A stretch of DNA of 64,000 nt from Gammaproteobacteria bacterium (lineage in GTDB: Bacteria > Pseudomonadota > Gammaproteobacteria > Eutrophobiales > Eutrophobiaceae), in assembly GCA_963422205.2 (NCBI GenBank), contig CAXMWX010000009.1, positions 128,001 through 192,000 on the forward strand, given 5' to 3'. Shown one piece after another: positions 52,793-62,730 of this stretch. Numbering within the stretch: position 1 is the first letter of the stretch; each line of letters opens with the position of its first letter. Made by a program: the position numbers and the translations under genes. The notes beneath the pieces were generated by a model. That model saw nothing but the letters and a program-made list of their open reading frames with translations, had not been told where the DNA came from and did not search any database.

Positions 52793-53956
52793 ATGGAGAG
52801 AGAACAAGCGATAAAATTCATGCGCGATTTATTAAAGCTCATGATCGATAAAAAAGGCTCGGATTTATTCATCACCGTCGGTTTCCCCCCCGCCATGAAG
52901 ATACAGGGCAAGATGACGCCGGTATCCAAAACAGCACTGACGGCGGACAATACCAAGGCCATGTGTTATGCCATCATGAACGACCGGCAGCTAAAAGAAT
53001 TTGAAGCCACCAAGGAATGCAACTTTGCTGTTGCGCCCACCGGCATCGGACGTTTCCGTGCCAATGCCTTTGTGCAGCAGAGTTTTTGTGGCATGGTGCT
53101 GCGGGTGATTGAAACCGAAGTGCCGAACATTGACAAGCTGAAGCTGCCGGAGGTGTTAAAAGAGGTGGTGATGACCAAGAACGGGCTGATCATCATGGTC
53201 GGCGGCACCGGCTCTGGCAAGTCGACCTCGCTGGCCGCCATGATCGACTACCGTAACCAGAACAGTCACGGCCATATCATCACCATTGAAGACCCCATTG
53301 AGTATGTTCATCCGCACAAGAATTGCGTCATCATGCAGCGCGAAGTGGGGGTGGATACCGATGACTGGGAAATCGCCCTGAAAAATACCTTGCGCCAGTC
53401 GCCGGATGTGATCCTGCTGGGTGAGATTCGCGATCGGGAGACCATGGAGTTTGGCATCGCCTTTGCCGAGACCGGCCACCTGGCGATGGCCACCTTGCAC
53501 GCCAACAGCTCAAACCAGGCGCTGGATCGCATCATCAACTTCTTCCCCGAAGAGCGCAAGGCGCAGCTGCTGATGGATCTCTCGCTGAACTTAAAATCAG
53601 TGATCTCACAGCGCCTGTTGCGTACCCCGGATGGCAAGGGCCGGGTGGCGGCGATCGAGATCCTGCTCAACTCGCCATTGATATCTGATTTGATCCTGAA
53701 AGGCGATGTACACGAGGTCAAGAGCATCATGGGCAAGTCCAACGAATTAGGCATGAAGACCTTTGATCAGGCGCTGTTTGACCTGTACGAAGCCGACCGG
53801 ATTGGCTATGAGGAAGCCTTACGCAGTGCAGACTCCATGAACGAGTTGCGCCTTCGTATCAAGCTGGAAGGCAAGGCGGCGAAAAGCAAAGGGGCGATGG
53901 ACGGGCTGGATCACTTGAGCCTGAAAGAAGACGAAGAAGATGCGGGCATGATGTAG
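52793..53956 (+). CDS. pilU: Type IV pilus retraction ATPase PilU
   Basis: GSDLFIT, GTGSGKSTSL, LKNTLRQSPD, LLMDLSLNL. Confidence 0.95.
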   Translation: MEREQAIKFMRDLLKLMIDKKGSDLFITVGFPPAMKIQGKMTPVSKTALTADNTKAMCYAIMNDRQLKEFEATKECNFAVAPTGIGRFRANAFVQQSFCGMVLRVIETEVPNIDKLKLPEVLKEVVMTKNGLIIMVGGTGSGKSTSLAAMIDYRNQNSHGHIITIEDPIEYVHPHKNCVIMQREVGVDTDDWEIALKNTLRQSPDVILLGEIRDRETMEFGIAFAETGHLAMATLHANSSNQALDRIINFFPEERKAQLLMDLSLNLKSVISQRLLRTPDGKGRVAAIEILLNSPLISDLILKGDVHEVKSIMGKSNELGMKTFDQALFDLYEADRIGYEEALRSADSMNELRLRIKLEGKAAKSKGAMDGLDHLSLKEDEEDAGMM

Positions 53957-54018
53957 TCGTGGCAGGGGCTGTTGCTGTTAAAAAACCGAGATAAAGAGCA
54001 AATGGGGTTTGCATTGTA

Positions 54019-55077
54019 ATGGATATTATGCCGTATCTAAAACTGATGATTGACAGGGGCGCATCGGATCTGTTCTTCACCACCAATTCACCCGTGAAGA
54101 TCAAAATGGAGGGGAAGATCAGCAATGTCGGCAGAACGGTACTGCGTGGCGAACTCACCAGGGCCGCCGCCTATGGCATCATGAATAAAAGCCAGATCAG
54201 CAAGTTTGAAGAAACCAATGATGTGGATTTTGCCATTGCCATGCCCGATGGTTCCGGGCGGTTTCGGGTGAATGTGTTCAGGCAGCGCGGTGAGCCGGGC
54301 ATGGTGCTGCGCCGTATCCCCTCAGAAATCCCCACCATTGAACAACTGGCCGTGCCCGAGGTGTTAAAAGACCTGATCAATCACAAGCGTGGCCTGATCC
54401 TGATGGTCGGTGCTACCGGCTCCGGTAAATCAACCACCCTGGCCGCCATGATGAACCACCGCAATGAAACCCAGGCCGGGCATATCCTCACCATTGAGGA
54501 TCCGGTGGAGTTCTCGCACCCGAATCTGAGGTCGATCATCAACCAGCGAGAGGTTGGCGTGGACACCGAATCTTATCGAACCGCACTGAAGGCATCGCTG
54601 CGCGAGGCCCCTGATGTCATATTGATTGGCGAGATTCGTGAGCGCGAGACCATGGAAGCGGCGCTGGAGTTGGCTAATACCGGCCATCTGGCCATCTCCA
54701 CCCTGCACGCCAATAACGCTAATCAGGCGATGGAGCGGGTGATCAATATGTTCCCGTCTGAGTTGCACAAGCAGTTGTTCATGGATTTGTCGCTGAATAT
54801 TCAAGCCGTGATTTCACAACGTCTGGTCATCGGTGTGGATGGCAAGCGCTGTGCCGCCATTGAAATCTTGATCAACACACCACACATCGCTGACTTGATC
54901 CTCAAAGGTCAGCTGGATGAGATCAAGGAAGCGATGGCCGAGAGTGGTCAGCGCGGTATGCAGACCTTCGATATGGCCTTGCATGACCTGTACAGAGAGG
55001 GGCGGATTGAACTGGAAGAGGCGCTGAATAATGCCGACTCCCGAACCAACCTGGAAGCCAAGATCAATTTTGGCTAG
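54019..55077 (+). CDS. Second PilU-like ATPase
   Basis: ASDLFFT, GATGSGKST, LREAPD, LFMDLSLNI. Confidence 0.9.
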   Translation: MDIMPYLKLMIDRGASDLFFTTNSPVKIKMEGKISNVGRTVLRGELTRAAAYGIMNKSQISKFEETNDVDFAIAMPDGSGRFRVNVFRQRGEPGMVLRRIPSEIPTIEQLAVPEVLKDLINHKRGLILMVGATGSGKSTTLAAMMNHRNETQAGHILTIEDPVEFSHPNLRSIINQREVGVDTESYRTALKASLREAPDVILIGEIRERETMEAALELANTGHLAISTLHANNANQAMERVINMFPSELHKQLFMDLSLNIQAVISQRLVIGVDGKRCAAIEILINTPHIADLILKGQLDEIKEAMAESGQRGMQTFDMALHDLYREGRIELEEALNNADSRTNLEAKINFG

Positions 55078-55146
55078 TGTTGTTAGCCCCTGCCCGCCGC
55101 CTCAAAATAAACCACGGATGAGCAGCGATTGCCCGATGAGATAAAA

Positions 55147-55174
55147 GGCAAGTGTTAATCGGCAAGTGTTAATC
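55147..55174. repeat. 14-bp tandem duplication
   Basis: GGCAAGTGTTAATC occurs twice in tandem. Confidence 0.8.
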
Positions 55175-55213
55175 GCCTGTACCATCGAGGGCTGACGATA
55201 AAAAAAGCACCAT

Positions 55214-55240
55214 AAAAAAGGGGCGTTGACGCCCCTTTTC
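55214..55240 (-). terminator. Intrinsic terminator after pqqA (probably bidirectional)
   Basis: AAAAGGGGCGT-TG-ACGCCCCTTTT hairpin with A/T tails on both sides. Confidence 0.85.
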
Positions 55241-55257
55241 TGGCTAAGAGAAGGCTC

Positions 55258-55332
55258 TTATTTGTTGTTGATGTACATGGTGACTTCAAAGCCGAAGCGA
55301 ATGTCATTGTACTGTGGTGTATCCCATTTCAT
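55258..55332 (-). CDS. pqqA: Pyrroloquinoline quinone precursor peptide
   Basis: Not in the ORF track. MKWDTPQYNDIRFGFEVTMYINNK (24 aa) contains the E-x-x-x-Y core; an RBS (AGAGGA) lies upstream. Confidence 0.97.
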   Translation of the reverse strand: MKWDTPQYNDIRFGFEVTMYINNK

Positions 55333-55399
55333 GATCGTATCCTCTTACAGGTTGAGTGAATTGATGGTTAAAACCTCTGCTGCTACGCTCTGAACATAT

Positions 55400-55415
55400 T
55401 GCATAGACCATGCCA
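55400..55415 (-). promoter_or_regulatory. Putative sigma-54 (-24/-12) promoter for pqqA
   Basis: Minus strand TGGCATGGTCTATGCA has GG-N10-GC spacing; an IHF-like AAACAATCGCTTA lies at 55457-55469. Confidence 0.6.
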
Positions 55416-55472
55416 TGTTTGCCGGACAATCAATTTTTCCGGCAAATAGTTTTATAAAACAATCGCTTAAAC

Positions 55473-56216
55473 TCATGCAGAAACCAAGGTGGGCGATAGC
55501 GTGTTATTTTCCCTTCGATGATTGGCTACAGAGAACCGGGGATGCTGGCTACTGACAGCCAGACAACGGTATAACTGCTGGCCGCTGGCGGCATACTTGC
55601 ACTCAAACGGGCTGAGGAAAGGCGGTGCGGGCGTCATCGTTGCCATCTCGGTCACATAGTCAGTGTAATGTCTGAAGCTGGCAATAAATTCGCTGGCATA
55701 GAGCGCCCAGTTGCAGCGTAACTCAATCTTGCCGCCAAGCTGTATGATCCAGGGGAATACAGCATGGGCATACCAGCGCCGCTGAACGTGCCGGGCCTTG
55801 GGCCAGGGATTGGGATAAAGGAAATACTGCTGCTCTGCCTGCCACGTATGGCTTACCGCCAGCGGATAGAAATCTTCCAGCTTCATGCAGAGCAGCACAC
55901 AATTATCCTGCCAGATGAGATCGCCCTGCAACCCGGCACGGGCGAGCCGGTGAGCCGACTTGTCAATCCCGATGACCCAGTGATCGGGATAGCGGCGAGC
56001 CAGCATCCGGCTGCTGACCCCTGTGCCACAGCCGGCATCAATAATCACCGGCGCCGACTGCCCTGCCAGGATCTGTGCCAGCCTGGCAAAACACGCCCTG
56101 GTGCGCGCCGTGACCGGACGCCGCACCGGCTGCTGCTGGTGTTTACCGACCAGCAGGTGCAACCGGGGATGCAGGCACTGCTGATCGCTGATCACCGTGC
56201 GTGAATTAGCGAACAT
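55473..56216 (-). CDS. TrmB-like SAM-dependent methyltransferase
   Basis: IIDAGCGTG, IGIDKS, LYPNPWPK, SPFECKY. Confidence 0.8.
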   Translation of the reverse strand: MFANSRTVISDQQCLHPRLHLLVGKHQQQPVRRPVTARTRACFARLAQILAGQSAPVIIDAGCGTGVSSRMLARRYPDHWVIGIDKSAHRLARAGLQGDLIWQDNCVLLCMKLEDFYPLAVSHTWQAEQQYFLYPNPWPKARHVQRRWYAHAVFPWIIQLGGKIELRCNWALYASEFIASFRHYTDYVTEMATMTPAPPFLSPFECKYAASGQQLYRCLAVSSQHPRFSVANHRRENNTLSPTLVSA

Positions 56217-57123
56217 CGCCTTGCCCTGAAGCCGTGGCAGGGAATACCTGGCTGGCCGCAAACACTGGCCCGTCAACACAGACGCGCTGCATTTCGCTTA
56301 ATCGGCCCTCATCGTAGATGGGAACAGTGCAGCCAGCACACCCGCCCACGGCGCAGGCCATGTACTCTTCCAGTGATACCTGGCAGGGCAGGGCATACGC
56401 CTCGGCCAGTGCCGCTACAGCTTTTAGCATGGGGGTGGGGCCGCAACTGAAGATCTCCACTTGTCGCCGTTCGTCGGCCGTCAGGCCAGCCAGCCAAATG
56501 TCGGCCAGCTCGGTCACATAGCCGTTAAAGCAGCCGGTGTAGTCGTTCAGGCTGGTCAGGCGGCTGGCGATGCCCCAGTCCTCCATTAACGGCATACAGG
56601 CAATCACCTCAGCCGGCAGCTGCCCGATCATGATTTGTGAAGGCTTGGGGATGAACGGAAACGGCACTTCTGATCCCATGATCACCAGCGGGGCCAGGGC
56701 GGGCATGAAGGTACGCAGATGCTCCGCCAGAAAGATCATCGGCGGAATGCCCACCCCACCGCCAATCAACAAAGGCCGCGCCTGATAGCCTGCCAGCTTG
56801 AACGGCCTGCCGATCGGCCCGAGGATGCTTAACCGATCACCAACGGCCTGCTGTGCCAGTAACCCACTGCCAAGGCCCTGCACCTTGTAGAGTATGTCAA
56901 TCCAGCCCTGTTCAGCATTCGCCCGCATGATCGACATGGGGCGGCGCATGGGCAGGCTGGCATGACAGCGGATGTGGACAAAATTGCCCGGCAGGGCGCG
57001 GGCGGCTATCTGTGGTGCCTGCAAACGCATCAGGTATTGCCCCGCCGCCAGGCTATCGTGCTGTAGCACTGGCGCCTCTTCCAGCAGGATGGTATCACGC
57101 CGGGGCATGGACAAGCTCGCCAT
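56206..57123 (-). CDS. pyrK: Dihydroorotate dehydrogenase electron transfer subunit
   Basis: RRPMSI, GGGVGIPP, CGPTPML, MACAVGGCAGC...RVCVDGPVF. Confidence 0.88.
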   Translation of the reverse strand: MASLSMPRRDTILLEEAPVLQHDSLAAGQYLMRLQAPQIAARALPGNFVHIRCHASLPMRRPMSIMRANAEQGWIDILYKVQGLGSGLLAQQAVGDRLSILGPIGRPFKLAGYQARPLLIGGGVGIPPMIFLAEHLRTFMPALAPLVIMGSEVPFPFIPKPSQIMIGQLPAEVIACMPLMEDWGIASRLTSLNDYTGCFNGYVTELADIWLAGLTADERRQVEIFSCGPTPMLKAVAALAEAYALPCQVSLEEYMACAVGGCAGCTVPIYDEGRLSEMQRVCVDGPVFAASQVFPATASGQGDVR

Positions 57124-58369
57124 CAATGAAGGTATAATGCGCTCGGCCGGGCATCTCCCAACCACGAAAACAGGTGTTTTTCCCCCGGCTCTGCAAGGTG
57201 TCATTGTTCACCGTCCAGCCGGTATCGGCGAAGATAAACAGATCCGCCACCTCGCCCGCGGCAATCCGCCCGCGGTCAAGCGTGAGTATCCGTGCCGGAT
57301 TGCAGGTGATGGCGGCAATGCCCTGCCGGTAGCTTAACTGCTGCTGTTCAATCAGATTGATGGTCAACGGGATCAGCAAGTCAATCGCAGAAGCCCCCGG
57401 TGCGGTCTCGCCAAACGGCGCTGCCTTGGCATCGGCATCGTGCGGTTGATGGTCTGAGCAGATCGCCGCAATCGTACCATCGCCTACCCCGGCCAGCAGG
57501 GCGGTGCGATCGCTGCTGCAACGCAGTGGCGGCGCCAGATGACAGTCCGCATTGAAGCCATCCACGTCAATTTCAGTCAGGTACAGGTTGTTGATGCTCA
57601 CATCGGCGCTGACCGGCAGGCCCTGGCTGTGGGCAGCACGGAGCAGTTCAACGCTTTGCGCGCAACTCAGCTTGGAGAAATGCGCCCGCACGCCGGTTTG
57701 CTCAACCAGCATCAGGCATTGGCTGAGCGCAACTATCTCGGCGGTGGCGGGTATGCCGGGCAGCCCCAGCCGGGTGCTGATCTGTCCCTCGTGCATAAGC
57801 CCGTTGTTTCTCAGGCCCGGCTCTTCGGGCTGGATGAATACCGGCAGGTTGAAGCTCGCCGCATATTCGAACGCCCGCCGCATGATGTCCAGATTATCAA
57901 ACGCCCGGCGGGCATTGGACAAGGCGATGCAGCCGGCCTGTTTCAGTGCGGCAATCTCACTTAACTGCCGGCCTGACAAGCCCGAGGTCAAGGCCCCCAG
58001 GGGATAAATGCGACTGCCACCGGCCTGTGCGGCACGTTGATGGATCAACTCCACCACGGCGGCGGTGTCGATTACAGGCTGGGTGTGCGGCGTCAGCACC
58101 ACGCCAGTCACGCCCGCACTGGCCGCGGCATGCGATTCACTGGCAATCGTTGCCTTGTGTTCCTGACCGGGTTCACGAAAATCCGCCAGCAGATCAATCG
58201 CGCCCGGGCAGAGCAGACCGCCGCCCGCATCAATCTGCTGCTCGGCCTGAAAATCCGGCGCTGGCCCGGGCACAGAGACAATCCGGCCAGCCGCGATACA
58301 GACATCGCCAGTGCAATCAAGATCATCTGCCGGGCTGATGATGCGTGCATTGCTGATTCGGATACGCAT
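57095..58369 (-). CDS. pyrC: Dihydroorotase-like protein (probably inactive PyrC')
   Basis: Amidohydrolase fold downstream of pyrB; DLLADFREPG stands where active enzymes have DxHxHxREPG. Confidence 0.88.
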   Translation of the reverse strand: MRIRISNARIISPADDLDCTGDVCIAAGRIVSVPGPAPDFQAEQQIDAGGGLLCPGAIDLLADFREPGQEHKATIASESHAAASAGVTGVVLTPHTQPVIDTAAVVELIHQRAAQAGGSRIYPLGALTSGLSGRQLSEIAALKQAGCIALSNARRAFDNLDIMRRAFEYAASFNLPVFIQPEEPGLRNNGLMHEGQISTRLGLPGIPATAEIVALSQCLMLVEQTGVRAHFSKLSCAQSVELLRAAHSQGLPVSADVSINNLYLTEIDVDGFNADCHLAPPLRCSSDRTALLAGVGDGTIAAICSDHQPHDADAKAAPFGETAPGASAIDLLIPLTINLIEQQQLSYRQGIAAITCNPARILTLDRGRIAAGEVADLFIFADTGWTVNNDTLQSRGKNTCFRGWEMPGRAHYTFIDGELVHAPA

Positions 58370-59340
58370 CAGGCGGGCACCTCGGTATGCACGCCCATTA
58401 TCATCGCCATCACGGCCATACGCACGGCGATGCCGTGACTGACCTGTTGCAAGATGACCGAGTGTGCGCTGTCGGCCACCTGTGAGTCAATTTCCACACC
58501 ACGATTGACCGGCCCGGGGTGCATCACGATGGCATCGGGCTTGGCCGCCTGCAATCTGCTCTTAGTCAGGCCGTAGCACTGAAAGTATTCCTGCTCGCCT
58601 GGCAGCAGCGCCGATTGCATGCGCTCCCGCTGCAATCGCAACATAATCACGACATCCACATCGGCCAGGCCATCGTTGAGATCATGACATGCCTTAACAC
58701 CAAGCGTTTCAATCTGCACCGGCAGCAGGGTCTTTGGGGCAATCACCCGAATATCGCTCACGCCCAGGATATTCAGCGCGTGAATCTCGGATCGGGCGAC
58801 CCTGGAATGGGCGATATCGCCAACAATGGCCACGCCGAGTGAGGCAAAGTCGGGCTTGTGCTGCCTGATAGTAAACATGTCCAGCATGGCCTGGGTGGGG
58901 TGGGCATGGCGGCCATCGCCGGCATTGATGACATGCACATCGGCGGCGACATGCCGGGCGATAAAGTGGGCGGCGCCGCTCTCGGCATGGCGGACGATGA
59001 ACATATCGCTGTGCATGGCTTGCAGCGTTCGCAGGGTATCCAGCAAGGATTCGCCTTTATGGGTGGCCGAGGTGGCGACATTCACGGTCAATACATCGGC
59101 AGATAAGCGTTTGGCCGCCAGTTCAAACGTGGTGCGGGTGCGGGTGCTGGGTTCAAAGAACAGGTTGACGATGGTCTTGCCACGTAACAGCGGCACTTTT
59201 TTTACCGCCCGCCCGGTGACATTGGCAAAGGATTCGGCGGTATTGAGTATGTCCAGGAGAATGTGGCGGGGCAGGGATTCTGTGGAGAGGAAATGTTGCA
59301 GTTTGCCGCTCTCATCCAGTTGACTGGTTAAATCCGTCAT
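58369..59340 (-). CDS. pyrB: Aspartate carbamoyltransferase catalytic subunit
   Basis: [28 protein letters not shown]. Confidence 0.97.
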   Translation of the reverse strand: MTDLTSQLDESGKLQHFLSTESLPRHILLDILNTAESFANVTGRAVKKVPLLRGKTIVNLFFEPSTRTRTTFELAAKRLSADVLTVNVATSATHKGESLLDTLRTLQAMHSDMFIVRHAESGAAHFIARHVAADVHVINAGDGRHAHPTQAMLDMFTIRQHKPDFASLGVAIVGDIAHSRVARSEIHALNILGVSDIRVIAPKTLLPVQIETLGVKACHDLNDGLADVDVVIMLRLQRERMQSALLPGEQEYFQCYGLTKSRLQAAKPDAIVMHPGPVNRGVEIDSQVADSAHSVILQQVSHGIAVRMAVMAMIMGVHTEVPA

Positions 59341-59846
59341 GCCGTTGCCGTCAACTCCAGCGTCAGGGGTGTCGGGCCACAGAGCTTCAGATGTTCACTG
59401 GGCTTGAGCCTTAGCGTTGCCGCAACGGCATCGGCCCTGACCGGCAGTTCATGGCCGCCACGGTCGATCAAGACGGCCAGCGTGATACTGGCCGGGCGAC
59501 CGTAATCAAACAACTCATTCATGGCGGCACGGACTGTGCGCCCGGTATGCAGCACATCGTCCACCAGAATCACATGCCGGTCTTCGATGGTGAACGGCAG
59601 CTCGGACGGGGTGACCCGGGGGTGCAGGCCGATGCGGCTGAAATCATCCCGATAAAAGGCGATATTCAGCCGGCCCAAGGGGGTTGGCAGTGCAAGATGC
59701 GTATGCAGGTGTTCAGCAATCCAGACGCCGCCCGTGTGGATGCCGACAATCACCGGATCGGTGCGCTGGTTTTGCTTTAGCAGGGCCTTCAGATCGCCTT
59801 GCAGCTTGCTGAGGCTGTGTTGTATGTCGATGTGGCCTGTGTCCAT
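59337..59846 (-). CDS. pyrR: PyrR / uracil phosphoribosyltransferase
   Basis: [29 protein letters not shown]. Confidence 0.95.
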   Translation of the reverse strand: MDTGHIDIQHSLSKLQGDLKALLKQNQRTDPVIVGIHTGGVWIAEHLHTHLALPTPLGRLNIAFYRDDFSRIGLHPRVTPSELPFTIEDRHVILVDDVLHTGRTVRAAMNELFDYGRPASITLAVLIDRGGHELPVRADAVAATLRLKPSEHLKLCGPTPLTLELTATA

Positions 59847-59911
59847 GCGTCAGTCTGACCGGTGAGTCTGCCCTGTCAACTTACGTATGCCAGGCCAGCA
59901 GCAGCGTAACA

Positions 59912-60316
59912 TCATCCCGTGGCGTGTTGTTGTGCAAGCCAGCCCTCCAGAATGATCTGGGCGGCAATATCATCACGTTTGTCCTTGCCGCCATGACGGC
60001 TGGCGGCTTCTCTGGAGCTAAGCCGTTCCTCGGCACGTGCAACGGTGAGCTTGAAGCGACCGGCCAACTGGCGGCTGAATCTGTCTGCCGCCTCAGTCAG
60101 GGGCTGGCGGCCATCCTGCATGGTCAGCGGGTCGCCGACAATCAGGGCCTGGGGTTGCCACTGTCTGATCAGGGCGTCGATGCGGTGCCAATCAGGGCGG
60201 TTATGACTGACAGCAACGGTGGCCAGCGGCGTGGCGGTGCCGGTGAGTGTCTGACCAACGGCAACACCAATCCGCTTCAATCCATAATCGAAACAGAGCA
60301 GTGTCGCTGGCCTCAC
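59912..60316 (-). CDS. yqgF: YqgF/RuvX pre-16S rRNA nuclease
   Basis: FDYGLKRIGVAVG, EERLSS, DDIAAQIIL. Confidence 0.93.
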   Translation of the reverse strand: MRPATLLCFDYGLKRIGVAVGQTLTGTATPLATVAVSHNRPDWHRIDALIRQWQPQALIVGDPLTMQDGRQPLTEAADRFSRQLAGRFKLTVARAEERLSSREAASRHGGKDKRDDIAAQIILEGWLAQQHATG

Positions 60317-60876
60317 GCGTGGCCGACCTCCGTTGATATTTGGTGGCTGTCAAAACCCAGCAGGGAGGTGGCCGAAGTCCAGCGATGTTTGCACGGTGTG
60401 TTGAAGATGATCTCGGCATCCACCGGGCCGCTTAACCAGGCGTTGCCCTTGATCTCGGCTTCCAGCTGTCCTGAGGCCCAGCCAGCATAGCCCAGGGCGA
60501 TGAGCAGATGTTTCGGCCCCTCGCCGGCGGCAATGGCCTCCAGGATATCGCACGAGGTGGTCATGCCCAGATCATCGCTGATCTGGATGGAGGAAGCCCA
60601 GGTCTCATTCGGATGATGCAACACGAATCCTCGTTCGATTTGCACCGGGCCGCCATGGTAGACCGGCAGATGTTCAATCTCTTCATTCACCGATTCCAGT
60701 TCCATTTGCTGAATGATCTCGCCGAATTCCAACTCCAGCGGGCGGTTGATGACAATACCCATGGCGCCCTCTTCATTATGAGCGCAGATATAGGTCACCG
60801 TATGGTGGAAGTTCGGATCGGCCAGGGTAGGCATGGCGATCAGGAACTGGTTGGTCAGGTTGCTGCTGTTCATCAT
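60313..60876 (-). CDS. yqgE: YqgE/AlgH family protein
   Basis: FLIAMP, GAMGIVINRP, GGPV, LGYAGW..GQLE. Confidence 0.95.
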   Translation of the reverse strand: MMNSSNLTNQFLIAMPTLADPNFHHTVTYICAHNEEGAMGIVINRPLELEFGEIIQQMELESVNEEIEHLPVYHGGPVQIERGFVLHHPNETWASSIQISDDLGMTTSCDILEAIAAGEGPKHLLIALGYAGWASGQLEAEIKGNAWLSGPVDAEIIFNTPCKHRWTSATSLLGFDSHQISTEVGHA

Positions 60877-60953
60877 CGCTATAGTAGCGGGATCTGCGAT
60901 AAAAGACTATCCATGATTGCTGGCCGCTTTGATATGAATAAAATTTATGCTTT

Positions 60954-61943
60954 TTATCGAAAGCCGCGATTGTTAAGAAACTGCCAGGTACGGGTGATGT
61001 GCAAGATGTCAATGTCCTTTCTGATGGCCGGTGGGAATGGTGCGAATGGTGCCGCCAGCTTGACAATACGTATGGCGGCATCGTCCAGTAATTTATGCCC
61101 GGATGAGCGGCGGATCACGATTTGGTTGACGCTGCCATCGGGGTTCAGGGCGACATCCAGGATCAGGCTGCCGCTGATGTTGCGCCTTCTCGCCTCTTCC
61201 GGGTAGTTCAGGTTGCCCACTCGCTCCACCTTGGCGCGCCATCCTTCCATGTAGGCGGCATATTTATATTCCCTCGTGCTGGCGGAGACAAATTTACGCT
61301 TTGGCCGGTCCGCCTTGGTTTTAAGTTTTTGTTTGATCTCGGCGCTCAGCGCGGCGATTTTGAAGCTGTTAGTGAGCAGTGCGGTGGCACTGGGACGTTT
61401 TCTCTGTTCGGGCTTGCTGGTCTGCTCATCCTTCACCGCCTCGGGTGCAGGCGCCGGTTGTGCCTCTGCCACCTCGGTGGCTGCCTGTTCTGCTTCCGTA
61501 TTTTCGACAGCGATCTGATCAAGCTGCTCGGACGGCGGCCTGGCTTCCGGCGTTGCCTGCTGCACAGCTTCTGTCGCCGCTGGCGCCGGTTGTGCCTCGC
61601 TCGGTGGCGGTGCCGCCAGTTCCGGCTGATTGTCCGGGAAAGGCGGCGGCAGCGGTGTTGCCGGGCGGCTGTTCTCCTCAGTGATCTCGCCGCCCCCATC
61701 CAGGCTGGCCTGTGCCAGCACTTTTGCCTCATCATCGCTCTGGCTTTGCTGCTGTACCAGCACGATCTCCATCGATTCATAACGTGGCGGCGGGTCATCC
61801 TCGGGGGCAAAAGTCACGCCCAGGATGATAACGCCGTGCAGAATAAGCGCCAGACACAGGGTCATGCTGAGCCGGTCAGTCGGCGTGATTTCAGGTGGGG
61901 TTTCGAGACTCGCCCGGGGGCTTATGGCTACGGTGGCACTCAC
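60954..61943 (-). CDS. tonB: Energy transducer TonB (TonB3-like)
   Basis: TM anchor, Pro/Ala linker, W..KVERVGNLNYP, SSGHKLLD, ITRTWQF. The start was taken at GTG 61943 and is uncertain. Confidence 0.85.
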   Translation of the reverse strand: MSATVAISPRASLETPPEITPTDRLSMTLCLALILHGVIILGVTFAPEDDPPPRYESMEIVLVQQQSQSDDEAKVLAQASLDGGGEITEENSRPATPLPPPFPDNQPELAAPPPSEAQPAPAATEAVQQATPEARPPSEQLDQIAVENTEAEQAATEVAEAQPAPAPEAVKDEQTSKPEQRKRPSATALLTNSFKIAALSAEIKQKLKTKADRPKRKFVSASTREYKYAAYMEGWRAKVERVGNLNYPEEARRRNISGSLILDVALNPDGSVNQIVIRRSSGHKLLDDAAIRIVKLAAPFAPFPPAIRKDIDILHITRTWQFLNNRGFR

Positions 61944-62063
61944 GTTATCCGGTCTTTGCTTCGGCAGGGGCTTTAGTATAATTGCAACATGATAGAAAAC
62001 TAAAATGATTTCTATATGGTTACATTGACAATGCCCTGTCATCCAACAAGTCAGGCTATCTCT

Positions 62064-62730
62064 ATGATCGAAGCATTCGCCAAAAATATCCCATCGCAAC
62101 CCTTAAAGACATCAGGATCGGTTTTTTATTCTGGGCGAGACGCCTTCTCATGCAAAGCAGATTACTACCTGTTAGGTATTAATCCGGGTGGAGATCCGGG
62201 CAAGATAAGCAAGCGAGACTATTGAATGGCATACCAGGCGGGTGTTGCAATCTGACCCTGATGATTGGTCAGCGTATCGTGATGAATCATGGAAAGGTCT
62301 CCCCCCGGGCACATCAGGATTGCAGCAAAGGGTATTGCACGTGTTTAATCGGCTTGGCTATCAGGCAGGTGTAGTTCCAGCAAGCCATGTTGTCTTTCCA
62401 AGGTCCAAGCGCGAAAATGATATTACGCATGAGTTTCGGCGATTAGCCGAGGAATGCTGGCCGCCTCATCAAGCGGTAATAGATAAATTGGAACCCAGGG
62501 CTATCTTATGTCTCGGAAAACGCGCTGGAGAGATTGTGCGAGAAAGAGTTGCCGCCAACCGCCAGATAGATGAATTCATTGAAAACTATGATAAACGTAG
62601 CTGGGGCAGCCGGGCTTATCAAAGTGCTGATGGCAGTAAAGTCATCGTGCTCACACATCCGGGCCGGGCGGATTGGACTGCACCTGAGGCAGACCCAACG
62701 GCAATGATCCGCCGGGTCATCAAGGCTTAA
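62064..62730 (+). CDS. Divergent uracil-DNA glycosylase superfamily protein (one frameshift near 62205)
   Basis: Joined frames give YLLGINPGGDP, ASHVVFPRS, LEPRAILCLGK and VIVLTHPGR. Confidence 0.7.

Noticed and set aside
55110-55195. Imperfect palindrome around the 14-bp tandem repeat
   Set aside because: It is degenerate and single-copy, so it cannot be called an ncRNA or MITE.
61440-61600. Repeated GGCGCCGGTTGTGCCTC in tonB
   Set aside because: It encodes the low-complexity EAQPAP linker; it is not a CRISPR or mobile repeat.
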